Shown here: positions 1 through 14,040 of the stretch, in pieces
How positions within the stretch are numbered: the stretch's first letter is position 1
How the letters are laid out: each line of letters begins with the position of its first letter
NCBI RefSeq assembly: GCF_006345805.1
Contig: NC_043012.1
Location: 9,672,001 to 9,736,000 of the forward strand
Length of the DNA stretch: 64,000 nucleotides
Source of the DNA: Octopus sinensis
Lineage: Eukaryota
Reading direction: 5' to 3'
Position numbers and translations under genes: made by a program
The notes under the pieces: generated by a model
Databases searched by the model: none
What the model was told of the DNA's origin: nothing
Seen by the model: only the letters and a program-made list of their open reading frames with translations

Positions 1-224
1 TGTTGGGTGGGTGGGGGCAAACACAGAGACACAAACCCACACAAATACATACATATATATACATATATACGACGAACTTCTTTCAGTTTCTGTCTACAAA
101 ATCCACTCGTGAGGCTTTGGTCGGCCCGATACTATGCTAGAAGACAGTTGCACAAGATGCCACGCAGTGGGCCTGAACCCGGAACTATGTGGTTGGTAAG
201 CGAGCTACGTACCATACAGCCACT
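1..224 (-). mobile_element. tRNA-derived SINE, family A (5' part, cut by window edge)
   Basis: Reverse complement matches the family A head (GTGGCTGT..TGGTAAG A-box region, GGGTTCAG.CCC B-box region) and central TA/TG microsatellite seen in complete copies at 14183, 19536, 47252. Confidence 0.85.
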
Positions 225-893
225 GCAAAACCGCTAATACAATATTGCACATATAAATACAAAAATGCAGCAATAGCTAGTTGACGTTCTATAAAATTCT
301 AATGAAGGAAACTTGGATCTAGATTAAAAGCTTTCTCTATTGGCCAATATTCTAGAAATAAACCTGAACAACTTACATACGTAGACAATCAGTAGTAGGT
401 TTAACTGGGTGCATTTACTTGTAATATTCCCTGATTGGACGTTATAACATTGCTATAATGTTTCCGTGATTGTTGCTTTCTCTTAAACGAGTTGTTCCAA
501 ATCTCACCACGAAACTTAAAGACGAAGATTAATGTTTTTCTGTGACTCTTATTTATGAATAGTAATTACTTATTTCAGAGAATGAAAACCAAGAACTCAG
601 AAATAAGATTCCGTTAACAATTTATTGTGAAACTCGCAATTTTAAAAAAAATGAGCTTAAAATAGTTTTATGTTGGCAGTGTTTTTCTTAGAATACGAGC
701 TGTGCTCCTAAAGCATTTTCATAGTTCTGTTACTTTTGAGTTTTCTGTTATTTGATCAAAGTACATAAGAACACCTTTTGATATTATCCTCAAAGCTCCG
801 ATGATCAAGGCACAGCTTCTTATTCCAATTGATATTTTTTTAACCAAATCCAATATTTTCTGCTACGTATATCACCAGTGGTTTATTATTATT

Positions 894-1085
894 AAGGCGG
901 CGAGCTGACAGAATAGTTAGCGCGATGGACGAAATGCTTTTCGCTTCTAAGTTCAAATTCCGCCGAGGTCGGCTTTACCTTTTAACGTTTTGGGGAGAAG
1001 ATATGTACCAGTTCAACACTGGAGTCGATGTAATTGACGTAATCCACCGCCAAAATTGCTACCCTTGTGGCAAAATATGAAACCA
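894..1085 (+). mobile_element. tRNA-related SINE, family C (diverged)
   Basis: AAGGCGGCGAGCTG head, AAGTTCAAATTCCGCCGAGGTCG B-box region and GCCTTT..TTTCGGGG body shared with many copies in the window. Confidence 0.8.
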
Positions 1086-1099
1086 TTATTATTATTTGA

Positions 1100-1385
1100 T
1101 GCAAAATCAGCTGTTTTGCTGGGTATGATGGAACGTGTCAGCTGTCCACGGCCAAATGACTAGGGTGACATTTGTTTACTCATCATGCTCCAAGAACCCT
1201 GCGAAGAATTTTTGCAGTTCCAAATAATGCTGATTTTTGTAGGTGTCTTACCTTGGCATTTGTACCAATCTTTTTTTGAGCCATGATGGTAGTTGAGTAC
1301 TGATACTTCGGAGTGCACCAATTACTAATGGTACCACGCCTACTCCCCTCTTTCACCACAACTTTTGTATTTCCCATTTAAAATC
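1100..1385 (-). mobile_element. 3' fragment of R4/Dong-like (RLE) non-LTR retrotransposon
   Basis: ORF 1183-1377 ends LQKSALFGTAKILRRVLGA*, the typical C-terminus of R4/Dong-clade ORFs; lies next to a (TAA)n tract. Confidence 0.7.
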
Positions 1386-1440
1386 GTCATATTTGTTCAG
1401 TTTTTCTTCTTTCTCTTTGATCCTGTTGTCACCGGGACAC

Positions 1441-1452
1441 TATTATTATTAC

Positions 1453-1518
<66 letters not shown>

Positions 1519-1519
1519 C
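1441..1519. repeat. (TTA)n microsatellite
   Basis: Direct reading; source of poly-L/poly-Y/poly-N pseudo-ORFs. Confidence 0.95.
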
Positions 1520-1760
1520 AGAACAAAGCTCAGGTTTGGTCTCATTTTGGTAGGATTGATGCGGGTAGCGGGTTACTACCTGCAACCTTAGGTATTCACA
1601 CAATTTCGGCAGTCTTTCGAGTGCTTAGAAACCTCATGATAAGTCTTACTGTCCCTAAGGGACACACTTTCTGTTGGAGCTCTCCCGGGCATTCTATTTC
1701 AATATCCTTCAGCCATTTGTCTCTATCTTGGCTTACTATTCCCAACAGGACGCACCAATT
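1520..1760 (-). mobile_element. 3' fragment of a second R4/Dong-like element
   Basis: Minus-strand translation GIVSQDRDKWLKDIEIECPGELQQKVCPLGTVRLIMRFLS resembles the LQK..LLGT.RI.RK.L C-terminus; flanked on both sides by (TAA)n. Confidence 0.6.
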
Positions 1761-1812
1761 ATTATTATTGTTACTACTACTACTACTGTCATCCTCACCA
1801 TCATCGACGTCA

Positions 1813-1859
<47 letters not shown>

Positions 1860-1918
1860 GTTATTGTTATTATTATCATTATTGTTATTATTTTATTTTT
1901 ATTATTATTATTATTATT
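1757..1918. repeat. compound (TTA/TTG/CTA)n microsatellite
   Basis: Direct reading. Confidence 0.95.
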
Positions 1919-1999
1919 AATTTTTTTACCTCCTTTGGGAAATGCAGCGATACTTTTTCTTAACCAGATACGTCTTTGGGAATACGCATACAAGTTTTC

Positions 2000-3100
2000 C
2001 GAGTGAACAAGAGCTTCTATATTTAGAATGAATTTTTAAGAGTCAACGAATATTGTCAAGTTTATTGATTCTTGTATTTTCATTTCATAAAACGTTCTTA
2101 TATCTACCTCGGTATGCAATTTATCAATGTCGTCATTACATTTACGCTTTTCTATGGTTTACTTTCTGCAAATTATGAACAAGGTGATAATCATACGTCT
2201 TATGATTAACTGCCATAAAATTATTTCACTTGCTAGTTAAGAGTATTCCTTTAGTTTTTCTTCAGCGCCCTTCTGCACAATATAATATTATAATCATTCG
2301 ATACTGTTATGTCGATAATTTATACGCTATTGTCACAGAGAACGATGTCAGGTTTATTATTATGTTTAATCCCCAAATCATCTTTATGTCTTTTCAACAT
2401 TTATGATAAATTTTTAATACTTTTTGTAAATGGTTATTGTTATTTCTGAAATTTAGAATAAAGTTACCCACAGAAAAAAAAGATTGCTTATTGTTGATAC
2501 GTTTGTAATTTGATTCAACAGATTTTGCAATGTTCTATTTTAACATGATATTAGTGATGCACTTTCTATCAAGGCTGCCTTATGTTTGAGTATAATTTAC
2601 ATCAACATTATTCAGGAGTGTGCCTGGCTATCGGACGGTCTTCAGAAATCAATTCATGCCTTATTAAATTTTGATGTTCCCTTCTTATTGTTTTCTACAA
2701 CAGGTCGGTTCACCAGTGACTGAACATAACAGTCCAACATTTGTTTCCTGCATAATTTCTAGTTCTCAAAGAATGCCATTCTACTCTCCGTGAGTTGCCA
2801 GCCTCCTGATGAGAATTTGAAGAATGGATGTTAGGGCTTGTTGGGTTGTTTTAATTGATGTTATTTCCTTCTTCACAAAATTTGTGACTTTGGTCTACTA
2901 AATACTCACTCCATGGAATGCTGATGAAACGCGTACGTTAGCAGCTTGTAGTTGCTCCAGCCAGAAACTAAGGGCAACACCACTGCCATCGATTTTCAAC
3001 TGCTTGATGTTGAGTTTCTTATTTCTTATTTCAGTGTTAAGATTTTTAAGGGTTAAACCCCCTCTAGAATATTTTATTATTCATCTCATACCTTTTCACT
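2000..3100 (-). pseudogene. highly degenerate reverse-transcriptase region of an R4/Dong-like element
   Basis: Broken minus-strand peptides A*IDF*RPSDSQAHS*IM (cf. AWIDYKKAFDSVPHSWI) and GSGVALSFWLEQL (cf. PG.DGI..FWLK.L); many stops and frameshifts. Confidence 0.45.
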
Positions 3101-4494
3101 GAAACAAGCGCTCCTCTTATGATATAAAATCAGATTTTTTTCCATAATAAAACTGTAATTAAATAGATGAAGTCTTTTAGTCAGCTGATGTCTGTGTATT
3201 TTTTTCCGTAGATAGAATGCCGCTGGACTTATTATTATATTTATTTATACATTCACAAAACTGTTTGTGCGCGTATGTGTATGTAGGTGTGAGAGTGTGT
3301 GTGAGTGATTATGTGTGTGCGTATAGGTGTGTTCTATGTTGGACAGATATTTACATTAATTCATGGCCATCAAATGTATTATGTTCTCTTTTCTTTTACT
3401 TTATACATTTTCCGAGGCCCTGCTCAATGTTTACTCTCATTGATCTACTGAGATGTGTGCTTTTAATCTGTCTGTTGTAAAACGTGAGCTTGATCGAATA
3501 TTTTAAAATAAACATTTCCTCGTGGACCTTTGAGATTTTCTTCATTGTTTGGGGTCTTTTAATGATTTCTTTAGGCCTATATTTTTATTTGTTGTGGGGA
3601 CTTCTTTATGTCTTGTATGATGATTTCTGTTGCAGTTTCAGTGTGTTTAAGAGGTTCGATGTTGTTTATGAGTTCATATATGTTGACTTTTTTATGGTGT
3701 ACATTTTTTGTTTTGCGTAAACTGTCAGCTTTCACGTCATGTTCTCGTTGGTTCGTATTAGGTTATCCTTTTATGTATAGTCAATAGTTTTTCGTTTATT
3801 CCCAGTGTATATTCTTCCTATAAATTCTTTTTATCTTGCTATTATTTATTAACTTACCCATATTGATATCAATTTTGCTTGATTTTACTCCTTTCTCAAA
3901 AATCATACGTCTCTGTTTTAGTCATCGCTGGTCTAAAATATAGTGTATCAGTTAAATATAACACTTCAGTGTATTGTTTGTGGCAGTAAATTTCCCTTTT
4001 AAAATCCATTTTCAATTATATTTTCTTGGTGGTATTAGCGATTCCGTATGTTAAGCGTTAACTATTTAACAGAGCAACATTTCTCAATCTCGCACACTCT
4101 GATTTAAAAAAAAAAATTGTTATCGCCATTCACTCCGTTACGATTTGCATTACCTGTACCGTGTTGGCTGGTCGTCTATCAGATACTAATTAATTATTCC
4201 ATGGATATAATTGATTTGTATTCAAGGAAACTTAATATTATTTTCGATTTATCAAACATAAAAAAATATTATTGCGTTTGTTTTTCTGTTTCTGGGTCCA
4301 AGCATTCCCTTCAGATCGGTTCGTTCTTCTACTAAAAAGTTTGTTCCGTCCGGTTTCGTTCGACGGAGTTTTCTGATTATTTCAAATATGCATTTTCCAT
4401 GTCTAATAAAGGCATATATAATGATGCTAATTAATTTCGTTCAGAATTTGGAGCATATTTCCCCCGTCCAAATCGGTAGATAACCCTTAACAGA

Positions 4495-5030
4495 CAGTGG
4501 CTCTCATGGCTTCTCATCTTAACTGATTGGAAGTGTCATCATGTACATTGTTTTGTCTTGGTATAAACGATGGGCTACAGCAAATATTCTGCTCAATACC
4601 AAAGATTTGCTTGTCAGTTGTTTGACCTTAACCAGTTCACCATTTCCCTAAGTGGCTGACGATATGTGCATATCTGATCACAAGCAGTAGTAGTTTGGGA
4701 GCATCATAGCCGTATGTTGAAAGGAATTCTTGGAGGCTTCGATAATTCACCTTTGGAAACATGGGTGGTTCATTCAACATCCTTAAACAATCCTTATTCA
4801 GGGACGTTTTGAGCGGAATGGGCTACTCGACCAGAAATAAATTCTAACTGGGCCCCACCTGCAAGTTCATGCGTTTTTTATTTTGATATGAGATCACTAT
4901 GTCGTGCACATATGGTTGTGATGCATGTGCCCGATGTACCCTTATCAGACGGGTAGTCATGATGGGCATACTGGGCTTCGTATATTTTACCCTAGTGTCA
5001 CTTCGATGGCATGCACTGCTCTCCCACTAA
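4495..5030 (+). mobile_element. family D: ~550-bp non-coding interspersed repeat ending in (TAA/TTA)n
   Basis: Collinear with 41917-42470 and with the inverted, interrupted copy at 56406-57458; no ORF, no Pol III boxes seen. Confidence 0.85.
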
Positions 5031-5035
5031 ATATC

Positions 5036-5142
<107 letters not shown>

Positions 5143-5357
5143 TTCAGTAGTTTTATTTTTATAACGTGCTTTCACTTCACCACCGAGCGCAGCTCTGTGT
5201 GCCTTGGGTATGTGGTGTGATTTGTTGTGATGCTCTGATCGTCACTGTATTGAAAGTGTTCTGCGTAGGATGTGTGCAATGCTTAGTAGTGCAATTTTCT
5301 GTATGTTATATGTGTTTGTAAGTCCTGGTGTGTTTGTTATGTATTGTCTGAATATTT
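5143..5357 (-). mobile_element. family E: short 3'-end copy of a Dong-like element
   Basis: Collinear with 41664-41880, which encodes ...NIQKIALLGTAHILRRTLSIR*; TAA tracts on both flanks. Confidence 0.8.
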
Positions 5358-5369
5358 TTTTATCATGCC

Positions 5370-5424
<55 letters not shown>

Positions 5425-7389
5425 TGCTTTCAGATGTTTTGTGGGAGATGATACTGCATTAACATGGAAAATCAGAGTTCACAATGTGTATACATGGTAC
5501 ATTTTTCTCACTTGTGGGAAGTGGAAAGGGATATTTTTTCTAACTGTCTGTGTTATAAGATTTGTTTGTTGCGTTGCTTTATATTTTGTGGGAATTGTAT
5601 TATTTTGTTATCAATGCTTGTGCTATGTGTTTTCTGGAAATGGCAAGCGAAACTATAAACATCAGTGAAATCTTCCTCAAATTTTCCCATAAGATATTTC
5701 AAAATACCAGGAAGGGACATATTAGTTTTGTTAAACAATAACAAAACAGCAGCGAGTAGTGTCCGTCATTATGACGTCTCTTTTATTTCATGATCTGCTT
5801 CCACAGTAACACTAGTGTCATCTAAACCTCATTACAATAGCGATAAACAAGCTTTTGTCATTTCCAATTACCATAGTGACAGTAGGTTATACAGTCAAAA
5901 CGAAACCTGTTTTACAGCAGAGATGGTTACGGCCGGAATGATTGATACGCAATCAAACTTGAACTTGGGGTTCACTAAAACAGCAAACCATTACAGCCAT
6001 TATCGACGTCAGCGTTTTCCCATCATCTTTTAATCATCATCATCATAGTGAGGATAAACATCATCTCGACGATGACGATAACGATGGCAGTAATAAAGAG
6101 AATCATTATTAATATTAAATTACTGTATAATTTAGTTGTTGTTTCAAATTAATGGACACAAATTAAATATTTAAAGCACTTTGATGAAATATATATATAT
6201 TTTTTTACAAACGATTACGGTTGTTGTAAAAATTGTAGTTTGAAACGACCAGAAAATTATTTTATTGAAATATATGCAAAAGTATCCATATGCTACCAAT
6301 GTTTCATGTATTGAAATATAAATACAAAAAGAACCGTTAAAATGAAACTAGCTCATTTTCTGCCACTATTCAACAGCTTCAGACACATATAAACTACAGC
6401 AACATCTCTAGAGTATTATGATTAGAACACTATCCCTCTTATTTAATGCTGATTAACATAGATAATATAGACAACTAAATAGTTATAACGTTAATGACTC
6501 ATTTGCAGTTGATTTCTTGATGAAAAATTATCATCAAATATCCAAGAAGCAATAATATTTGATATAGAATAATAAGCCATTTCGACTGAACACATTAAAA
6601 GCCGCATTGAGAAATCGAAAGAATGACAATAAATGAGTTATATATTGCGACTGTCATGAGATAGACTGCATCTGGCTACATAAATAATAGCCATGACTTC
6701 ACTGCAAAATATGCTTGGCAACATATCAATAATTCGGTTTCTTAAACAATACTTGCAGGTTCTATGTAATAAACTGATGTGTCTATAGCACACTATCCAA
6801 TTTTATGATATCAGAACAGAAACAATGTTGTAACAAATATCATTTCTGCAATGTCAATAATAATTTCAGTATTAGGTGGAAGTTAGGCTTCATCCATATC
6901 TACATGCACGCAAACGACAACCGCGATTTATTTAATAACCGCTTCATGAATATCTATCTCTGCATGAATATAGACAAAAGGCACTTTCTTAGAAGCTAAG
7001 TAATTGCTGTAAATTAACCATTAAGCGCTGGTTCATTACGCCGTTTAACTTAGAAAACCAGCAACCATTTTGGAAATAGTGCAGCTGTCATTATAACGAA
7101 CGCTTAAAGCGACAATTGACGCACGGTTCAGAAAACAGTAAGCTTATGGTGTTTAGATGCTCCTGAAATATTCTTGCAGCGTATTTCGAGAGTTGAGTTT
7201 AGAATTTAAAAGATTGTAAATTGAATTATAGAAAGGTTTTTCTAATATAATGACGTTTAAAACAGTCATACGGTAAAATACTTTTCAGTGTGTAAAAAGG
7301 CCGGGGTAAACACCTTGCACTATTTATTCAGGCTCCTTCCGTTCTGAGTTCCTATCTCGACGATGTATAATTCATAAACTACAGTATTG

Positions 7390-7424
7390 CAAACAACAAC
7401 AACAAAAACAACAACAACGACACA

Positions 7425-7477
<53 letters not shown>

Positions 7478-7489
7478 TTACTACTATTA

Positions 7490-7569
<80 letters not shown>

Positions 7570-7638
7570 GCTGTTGCTGCTACTACTACTACTACTACTA
7601 CTACTACTATTATTATTATTATTATTACTACTACTAAA
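7390..7638. repeat. compound (ACA)(ACT)(GCT)(ATT) trinucleotide microsatellite
   Basis: Direct reading. Confidence 0.95.
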
Positions 7639-7879
7639 ATAATGAACACCCCTCCCCAAAATTACTGGCACAATGCCAGCAATTTCGGAAGCGGGGTGTT
7701 CAACTAGTACTTATTATATGGCTGTTACTTTATCAAGATTATCATGAGCCTTAAATATAAATGTCACAGAAAGTACGTAAGCATTCCCCCACCAAAAAAA
7801 GAATCAGTCAGTTTTCACAAGAGCAGTAGTAGTACTACGAATATTCCTATTGCTGTAAAGATCAATTGTTGATCAAGAA

Positions 7880-9500
7880 ACCCTCACTCAAAGCCTTCAG
7901 AAAGAGAAAGAAGAATCTGCGAACAGAAGGCCTTTTACCAGTGACACAATTTCGTTGGCGTGAATCCCGGAAGCACCAATTATAAATATGGTAAAACTAG
8001 CAATACAAGAATACATGCATGTCACAAGTAAATGGCAAACACTTCTGCAGATGCACATAAAAGAGCGAATTCTGAGAACGAAATCCATTTTTCGTTGGAA
8101 GAGGGAAATTTCAATCGAAATATTTCTATTTACGTTTTATCGGTCGTGTGCTCAAAACATAACCCGACATATTGAAAAGGATTAGATTCGGATATCAATG
8201 CTGCGATAAGGCAATGAACTTAATCTCATATGACTTTATGTACTACACTGAAATTTGTAAACAACTAGATACAGATGAATAAGCAGTACGTGGATTTACG
8301 AAAGAACTGATAAGAGATTCAAACTGGAAGAAGTTACTTTGAAAAAGGCAAAGTTAATTAACAATATCACACTAGATAAAGTAATTGAGTTATCATATTT
8401 AGGCGAAGCTGATATAAGAATACTGAGTAATAATGAACAAGAGCGTGTAAATCACACACACATATAAGAAAATTTAGGAAAGAACTTTTAAATCTTAAAA
8501 GCGTGTGCAATTCAAAATTAAGGTAATACTGATCAAGTTGCACACCCTGCAATAACTCATGCTTTCGACATTCTCAAACTATTCCTAAAACAATAAGAGA
8601 AAATGTATGCAGAAGCTAAATAATAATATCTGCATTTAGAACACATAAACGAAAATCTGATATAGAATATACTCATCAGAAATACATGTGAGATCCTTCT
8701 AAAAGAAGAAAGCTATTATAAAGTATACACACCAGGGCTACAGAAGCAACCAGCGATGAATGATGGAAGTTAATCCAATTGTCTAAGAAATACGAACGAA
8801 ATAAAAAATAGTTTTTCTATTTTGTAGGTAACTAAATAATATAAACCTGAAAGAGGTTGAAATGAGAAAGTGAGTTATGAGACGGAAAGAGAAACAACAG
8901 AATTTCAGTTTTATTTTTTATCGAAAATCTAATCTAAAATTGGGGCTATAAACTTTCATGCTAGCTCAATGGCGAGGAAAGCCTCTATGTCGGATATAAA
9001 TTAAAAGTATTGAACAAAGGGAAGAGAGAAAGAACAGTCGCATAGGAATCTATCTCAGTTCAGAATGAATTCATTATTATTGCAAAGAAAAAAGTAAATT
9101 CTTCAGTTGAATCTCTGAAAGAAAATATTGGTGTAAATGATATTAAGTAAATGTAGAATATCGGTACGTTCGGAAGAAACAACTGTATTGCTTCTGGCTG
9201 CCCACCTTATTTTGTTAGCCAAGAAAATCTCTATCTACACTCATGACTGAGTTGAAAGAGTTCATGATATTGGAAGTTATATCAGCATCAAGAAATACCA
9301 ATACGAAAGTGGTTGCAGAAACCAGCTCTACTATCATTGTAGATACCAACCAACACACACATAGGAAGATCAAGTCTAATTGAACACAATTTAGTATTAT
9401 TCCTACATTCGATAAAGTATGCCTCATGGAAAGGTAGAAATTATTTAGATATAAATATTAAAAACAGCATTACTCAAAATTATTGCACAGAAAACAGAAA
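7880..9500 (+). pseudogene. highly degenerate R4/Dong-like ORF remnant
   Basis: Scattered peptides SKWQTLLQM..SIFVGRGKFQ (cf. W.T.L..I.I.RGIFQGD), ITHAFDIL, HKRKSDIE (cf. HHPKSDIERLY), KTALLKI occur in the expected order. Confidence 0.4.
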
Positions 9501-9623
9501 TAGGTGGTGGTTTTTGGGTAGGTGATGACAAAAAACGTATAATAAATATATAACCGAACCCTAGGACTTACAAGTAGGCATTACATGCAGGGAGTGACAG
9601 TATATAACATTATACTTATGATA

Positions 9624-10050
9624 TTGGGTTGTCCGGAAAGTTCGTGCCGATTTATATTAGATTACATTTCGGCTTATTTTAGAACATGTTTGAGTCCATA
9701 AAATGGGATTTGACTACACCTCCACTTAGAGCACAGTTTAAGCTATGTTTTCGTGGAAGAAGGTTTATGTTCCTATAATCTGTGTTAATTCTGTAATCCT
9801 TTAAAATGGAAGATAAGAAAGTTCATTTTCGGCACTTGATGCTTTTCTTTTTCCATAAAGGGGAAAATGCCTCACAAACAAGCAAAGATATATGCGCAGT
9901 TTACGGTGATGTTTCTTTATCCGAAAGAACTGTGCGGAAGTGGTTCGCAAGTTTCCGAGCTGGAGATTGTAGCCTTTTTGATAAAGAGCGATCAGGCAGA
10001 CCATCCACTACAGTTGATGACCAAGTCAAGTCATTAATTGCTAATGATTC
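9624..10050 (+). mobile_element. mariner transposon, left end with 5' part of transposase
   Basis: TA followed by TIR-like TTGGGTTGTCCGGAAAGTTCGTGCCGATTT; truncated after ~82 codons; no right TIR found. Confidence 0.85.
9806..10050 (+). pseudogene. mariner transposase N-terminal helix-turn-helix fragment
   Basis: MEDKKVHFRHLMLFFFHKGENASQTSKDICAVYGDVSLSERTVRKWFASFRAGDCSLFDKERSGRP follows the Mos1/Hsmar1-type N-terminus. Confidence 0.85.
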
Positions 10051-11569
10051 TTCCAGCTCCCCGCCTTATAACAGCGAAATAATTTTTATAAGATCTACTT
10101 TATGAATGGTACAAACCCTGACACATGGATGAGTAGAACTCTAGTATTCACAATTTTTCTCCAAAATATTAACACATTCAAGACATGTGAAAGTTGAGTG
10201 GATAACATGAAGCACTAATCTATAAAGTGTATAAAACAAAATACAACATTCAGTTTTCTGTAATATTTGAGATATCATTCTGTTGCTACTCAGTTTTGCG
10301 TAATGTCTGTAGGAGATTATGTTTTTAAGAAAGGTTACGATATTTATAAATGAAAAATATGTGGAGAAAACATCTGGGAAAGTATTTAATTTTAAGCAAA
10401 TGAAATTTAAGGACAAAATAAAAATATGAAATTAGAAAATATTAAAGCATACTCTGAGACACATACACACACGCATAGGAACAGATATAACGCGCACGTA
10501 TCATTAGACAAACATTCATACAATTATTCGATACGTAGATACAGAATGAGTTGAACATATATGCATACAGAGTTACACGTACAAACAGAGATCCATATAC
10601 ATTCAGACATCTAGATACAGATGTACAAATCCAAGAGAAGATAAATGGGGAAGAAAAACATAATCAAACGCACAACGTAAAGCATATATTATACAAACAA
10701 ATTTCAACATGGTGGCACGTACACATAAAAACATAATGACGTTCAAATAACATAAATGTAGATATACACATATCCGATTCAATAAATTAAAGTATACCAC
10801 TGCTAAAAAGAAATCCAAAATAAAGAAGTAAAAACAACGTTGAATTAGTGAGGGGAAATTATAATAGAAGAATTTTGAATTAGGATGCAATTCCAGATAC
10901 ACAATCTTTTAGATGCGTGGGAGGTGAAATAACAGAATGCATTCAAACAGTAAAACATGGGGTAAAAGAATGGTGTAGAGTGAATCATAAAAAGCATTTT
11001 TCCCAGCAAAATAACCAAGCGTTCTCAAGAAATTTCAAATTTTTGATTTTGGGGGAATTTTCAGAGAAATATTAAAACCTCTAGGTGAATTTTTCGAATT
11101 ATGGAAGAATCTAAACGCTAATCAGTGACAAGAATAAAATTTGTAATCATTAATTTGTTTTGATGTTCCCCTTTCAAAACTAATTAGCTACTGAAAATTA
11201 ATAAATTAATAAATGTGCATTTTGATGTGCAACGCTTCTGTCGTGCATAAATTATACAAAAGAGAACCTCTTAAATATGGCTTTGAGAAACTGACTATTG
11301 ACCAATCGATTTAAACTTTCATGAGCCGTTTATCTTCAAAGTTCCTGAATACACTAACAATAAAATGGAGATTCGCTTCTCTTCGTGTCCGAAGGAATGA
11401 AACGTATTGTTTGTAACTTCTGAAAGAATGCTTCTAAGAAGTTCAAAGAAAATTTTATTTTCTCGTAGAGAATCATAAATTTATTATATTCTGTTTGAAG
11501 ATGTTACCATAGCTGTCAAAATCCTCTTGATAAGGAATTTATCTTTGAGTGGAGAGCACTTAACATAGG

Positions 11570-11776
11570 TTTAAAATTTTAGCACAAGGCCAGCAGGTTT
11601 AGGGGTGAGATTAATCGGTTGAATCGACCCCAGTGTTGAACTGGTGATTCTTTGATCGACTGCGAAAGAATGAAAGGTAAAATCGACCTTGGCAGAATTC
11701 GTACTCAGAATTTATAGACGGACGAAATGCCATTAAGCATTTTGCCTGGCGTACTAACGGGTCTGCTACCTCACCG
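11570..11776 (-). mobile_element. SINE family C (diverged)
   Basis: Reverse complement of the family C head and body. Confidence 0.75.
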
Positions 11777-12304
11777 AACAGGACCTAATATTAATGGAAT
11801 TCAAATGTGATAGAGTATTTGGCGTAGATAGAATATGTTGTCAGAGATATTTTCGTTGACTCTAAACACAAAATTTAACTTAATGATGCGAATGTAATTA
11901 ATGCTAATAGACTTTTTGTCGAAGACTTTGTGGGACTGGTAACGGATTACAAAATGCTTCTCTATGCAGTTAGGAAAAAGTCTTTACTGTACAGATCACC
12001 ACATTCAGTCTGAAAGGAAGATTATTTTACTAAATTAATCTACGCTTGCGCAACAATTATTTATACTAGTTATTAGGATGAGGTTTATATTAGGTTTTTG
12101 TCATAGGAACCAATCTTTTTAGGAGATTACTCTAATAACACTGAACATGGTTAAAGCATTCGTAGTAATATTAGAGATAATAATACAAATATGATTAAGT
12201 AAAGTTTTCCTGGTGTTATGGGGAGGATTAGAATGGTTGTTTATAAGCAGTTTTCTCAGTCAGTGTCCTATAATATATTTATCAGTGTCGAATATATTAG
12301 CCAA

Positions 12305-12305
<1 letters not shown>

Positions 12306-12382
<77 letters not shown>
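12306..12382. repeat. (TG)n microsatellite
   Basis: Direct reading. Confidence 0.95.
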
Positions 12383-12385
<3 letters not shown>

Positions 12386-12559
12386 GTATGGATAAATTAT
12401 TGTGTAGGTTCCAGAACGGAGATAGTCCACGTGAGAAAAATAAGACACAGAAACGATTATTTTGCCCTGAAATTTTAGAAGATCCCCCTATTCCAATTAA
12501 CCAGCCTCAAGCAAATTTTAACAGACTTAATGGTTGATAATACACTCAATTTTTGCTTA

Positions 12560-13600
12560 AACAATACGGTCCTTGAATATAGAAATTCCTTGATCTCATT
12601 TCTGCACACGTACCAGAACAACTACTCCATGCAAAACCACAGTCTGCATACAATGTCCTCTGTAGAATTTATTTCGGACTAGTAACATTCTTTGTGGCAT
12701 AAGGTTGGACTTTGTCCATTGTCCCTCCCTTTAATAACTCTGGAAGCTGCTTCGTAGTTCATACCTAGTTTTGACGCCACTTATTGTCAGTAAAGTGTAA
12801 AATGTAAAAGTTGACGTTCCCTCGGTCATATTGCTCTTTTGTCAAACCCGTGTGCAATGCCTAAGCATATTCCAGGTGTCTGATACTGAAACATGACGTA
12901 CGTCTGAATCTGGACTTAGGTTTAGAAATACAAGCTACAGAAAGAGATGCATAATGAACGGTGATCTTTGAAGGAATATTCCTACTCATCGCACATTCAG
13001 GTCATGTTCGCACATCATAAATCAGTTAATGACTGTCTTTTGAAGAAAACCAAAACAACAGAAGTCCCAGTATAGTTAACTACGGTCTGGTATCAAGTAC
13101 GATAGGCTGCAATAATAGACAATAAACGCCACATAATCAACTCTTCCGCAATAGTTTCTTATTACACTTTTCTAGGTTATGTCTTTCAGCTATCTTCACA
13201 GGATACTTCAGTTTTAGTGTCGGTAACATTGCTGAGATATCCGAATGCATGGTGCTTTAGCCGTCACCACATGCCAACACAGTCCTCTCGTATCCCACTT
13301 GGAGCAGAATGTGCCTTAGCACATTTAACATTTGCAGTAAGCTGGAGTCTAAATGTGCGCAAGGATTAAAAGGTGACATGTCTGGCGGAAAGCTCGCATA
13401 GAGACGGCTGCATGAACTGACCACGTTTTGCCGATGAGCCATCCAATCGCTGAAATCGGAACTGAAACTGCCTCCATTAAAAACAGTTACCAAGTAGCCA
13501 TGGTGACAGCTGCCATTTACTTCAGGTTGAACTAAACAAAGAACAGCTTTAACTTAACCACATTTCTGATCAACCATCTCTATAAAGACATATTGGCTGT
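12560..13600 (-). pseudogene. degenerate RTE-clade LINE reverse-transcriptase remnant
   Basis: ORF 13257-13493 VTVFNGG...FNP...VLRHILLQVGYERTVLAC aligns loosely with the RTE segment ending ELQYADD; KFYRG..LHG downstream resembles ..YRA.VL.TLLYG. Confidence 0.4.
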
Positions 13601-13653
13601 CTTGCATATTTCTTTCCTGGAACTGCATTTGTCTATTCATTACCATCAGCTAT

Positions 13654-14040
13654 GTGGAGGCGCAATGGCCCAGTGGTTAGGGCAGCGGACTCGCGGTCAT
13701 AGGATCGCGGTTTCGATTCCCAGACCGGGCGTTTGTGAGTGTCTATTGAGCGAAAACACCTAAAGCTCCACGAGGCTCCGGCAGGGATGGTGGTGATCCC
13801 TGCTGTACTCTTTCAACACAACTTTCTCTCATTCTTACTTCCTGTTTCTGTTGTACCTGTATTTCAAGGGGCCGGCCTTGTCACTCTCTGTGTCACGCTG
13901 AATATCCCCGAGAACTACGTTAAGGGTACACGTGTCTGTGGAGTGCTCAGCCACTTACACGTTAATTTCACGAGCAGGCTGTTCCGTTGATTCGGATTAA
14001 CAGGAACCCTCGTCGTCGTAACCGACGGAGTGCTTCCTAC
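13654..14040 (+). mobile_element. tRNA-derived SINE, family B, tail type i (full length)
   Basis: A box TGGCCCAGTGG, B box GTTTCGATTCCC; 13-bp TSD TACCATCAGCTAT at 13641-13653 and 14041-14053; near-identical to 28979 and 38184 copies. Confidence 0.92.

Noticed and set aside
5440-7320. Unique-looking AT-rich stretch as transposase or host exon
   Set aside because: No motif recognised in any frame and no clear splice-site pair; left unannotated.
13654-13735. tRNA gene call for family B, A, C or CORE heads
   Set aside because: A and B boxes are present but acceptor stems do not close, and each continues into a repeated body with TSDs; these are SINE heads.
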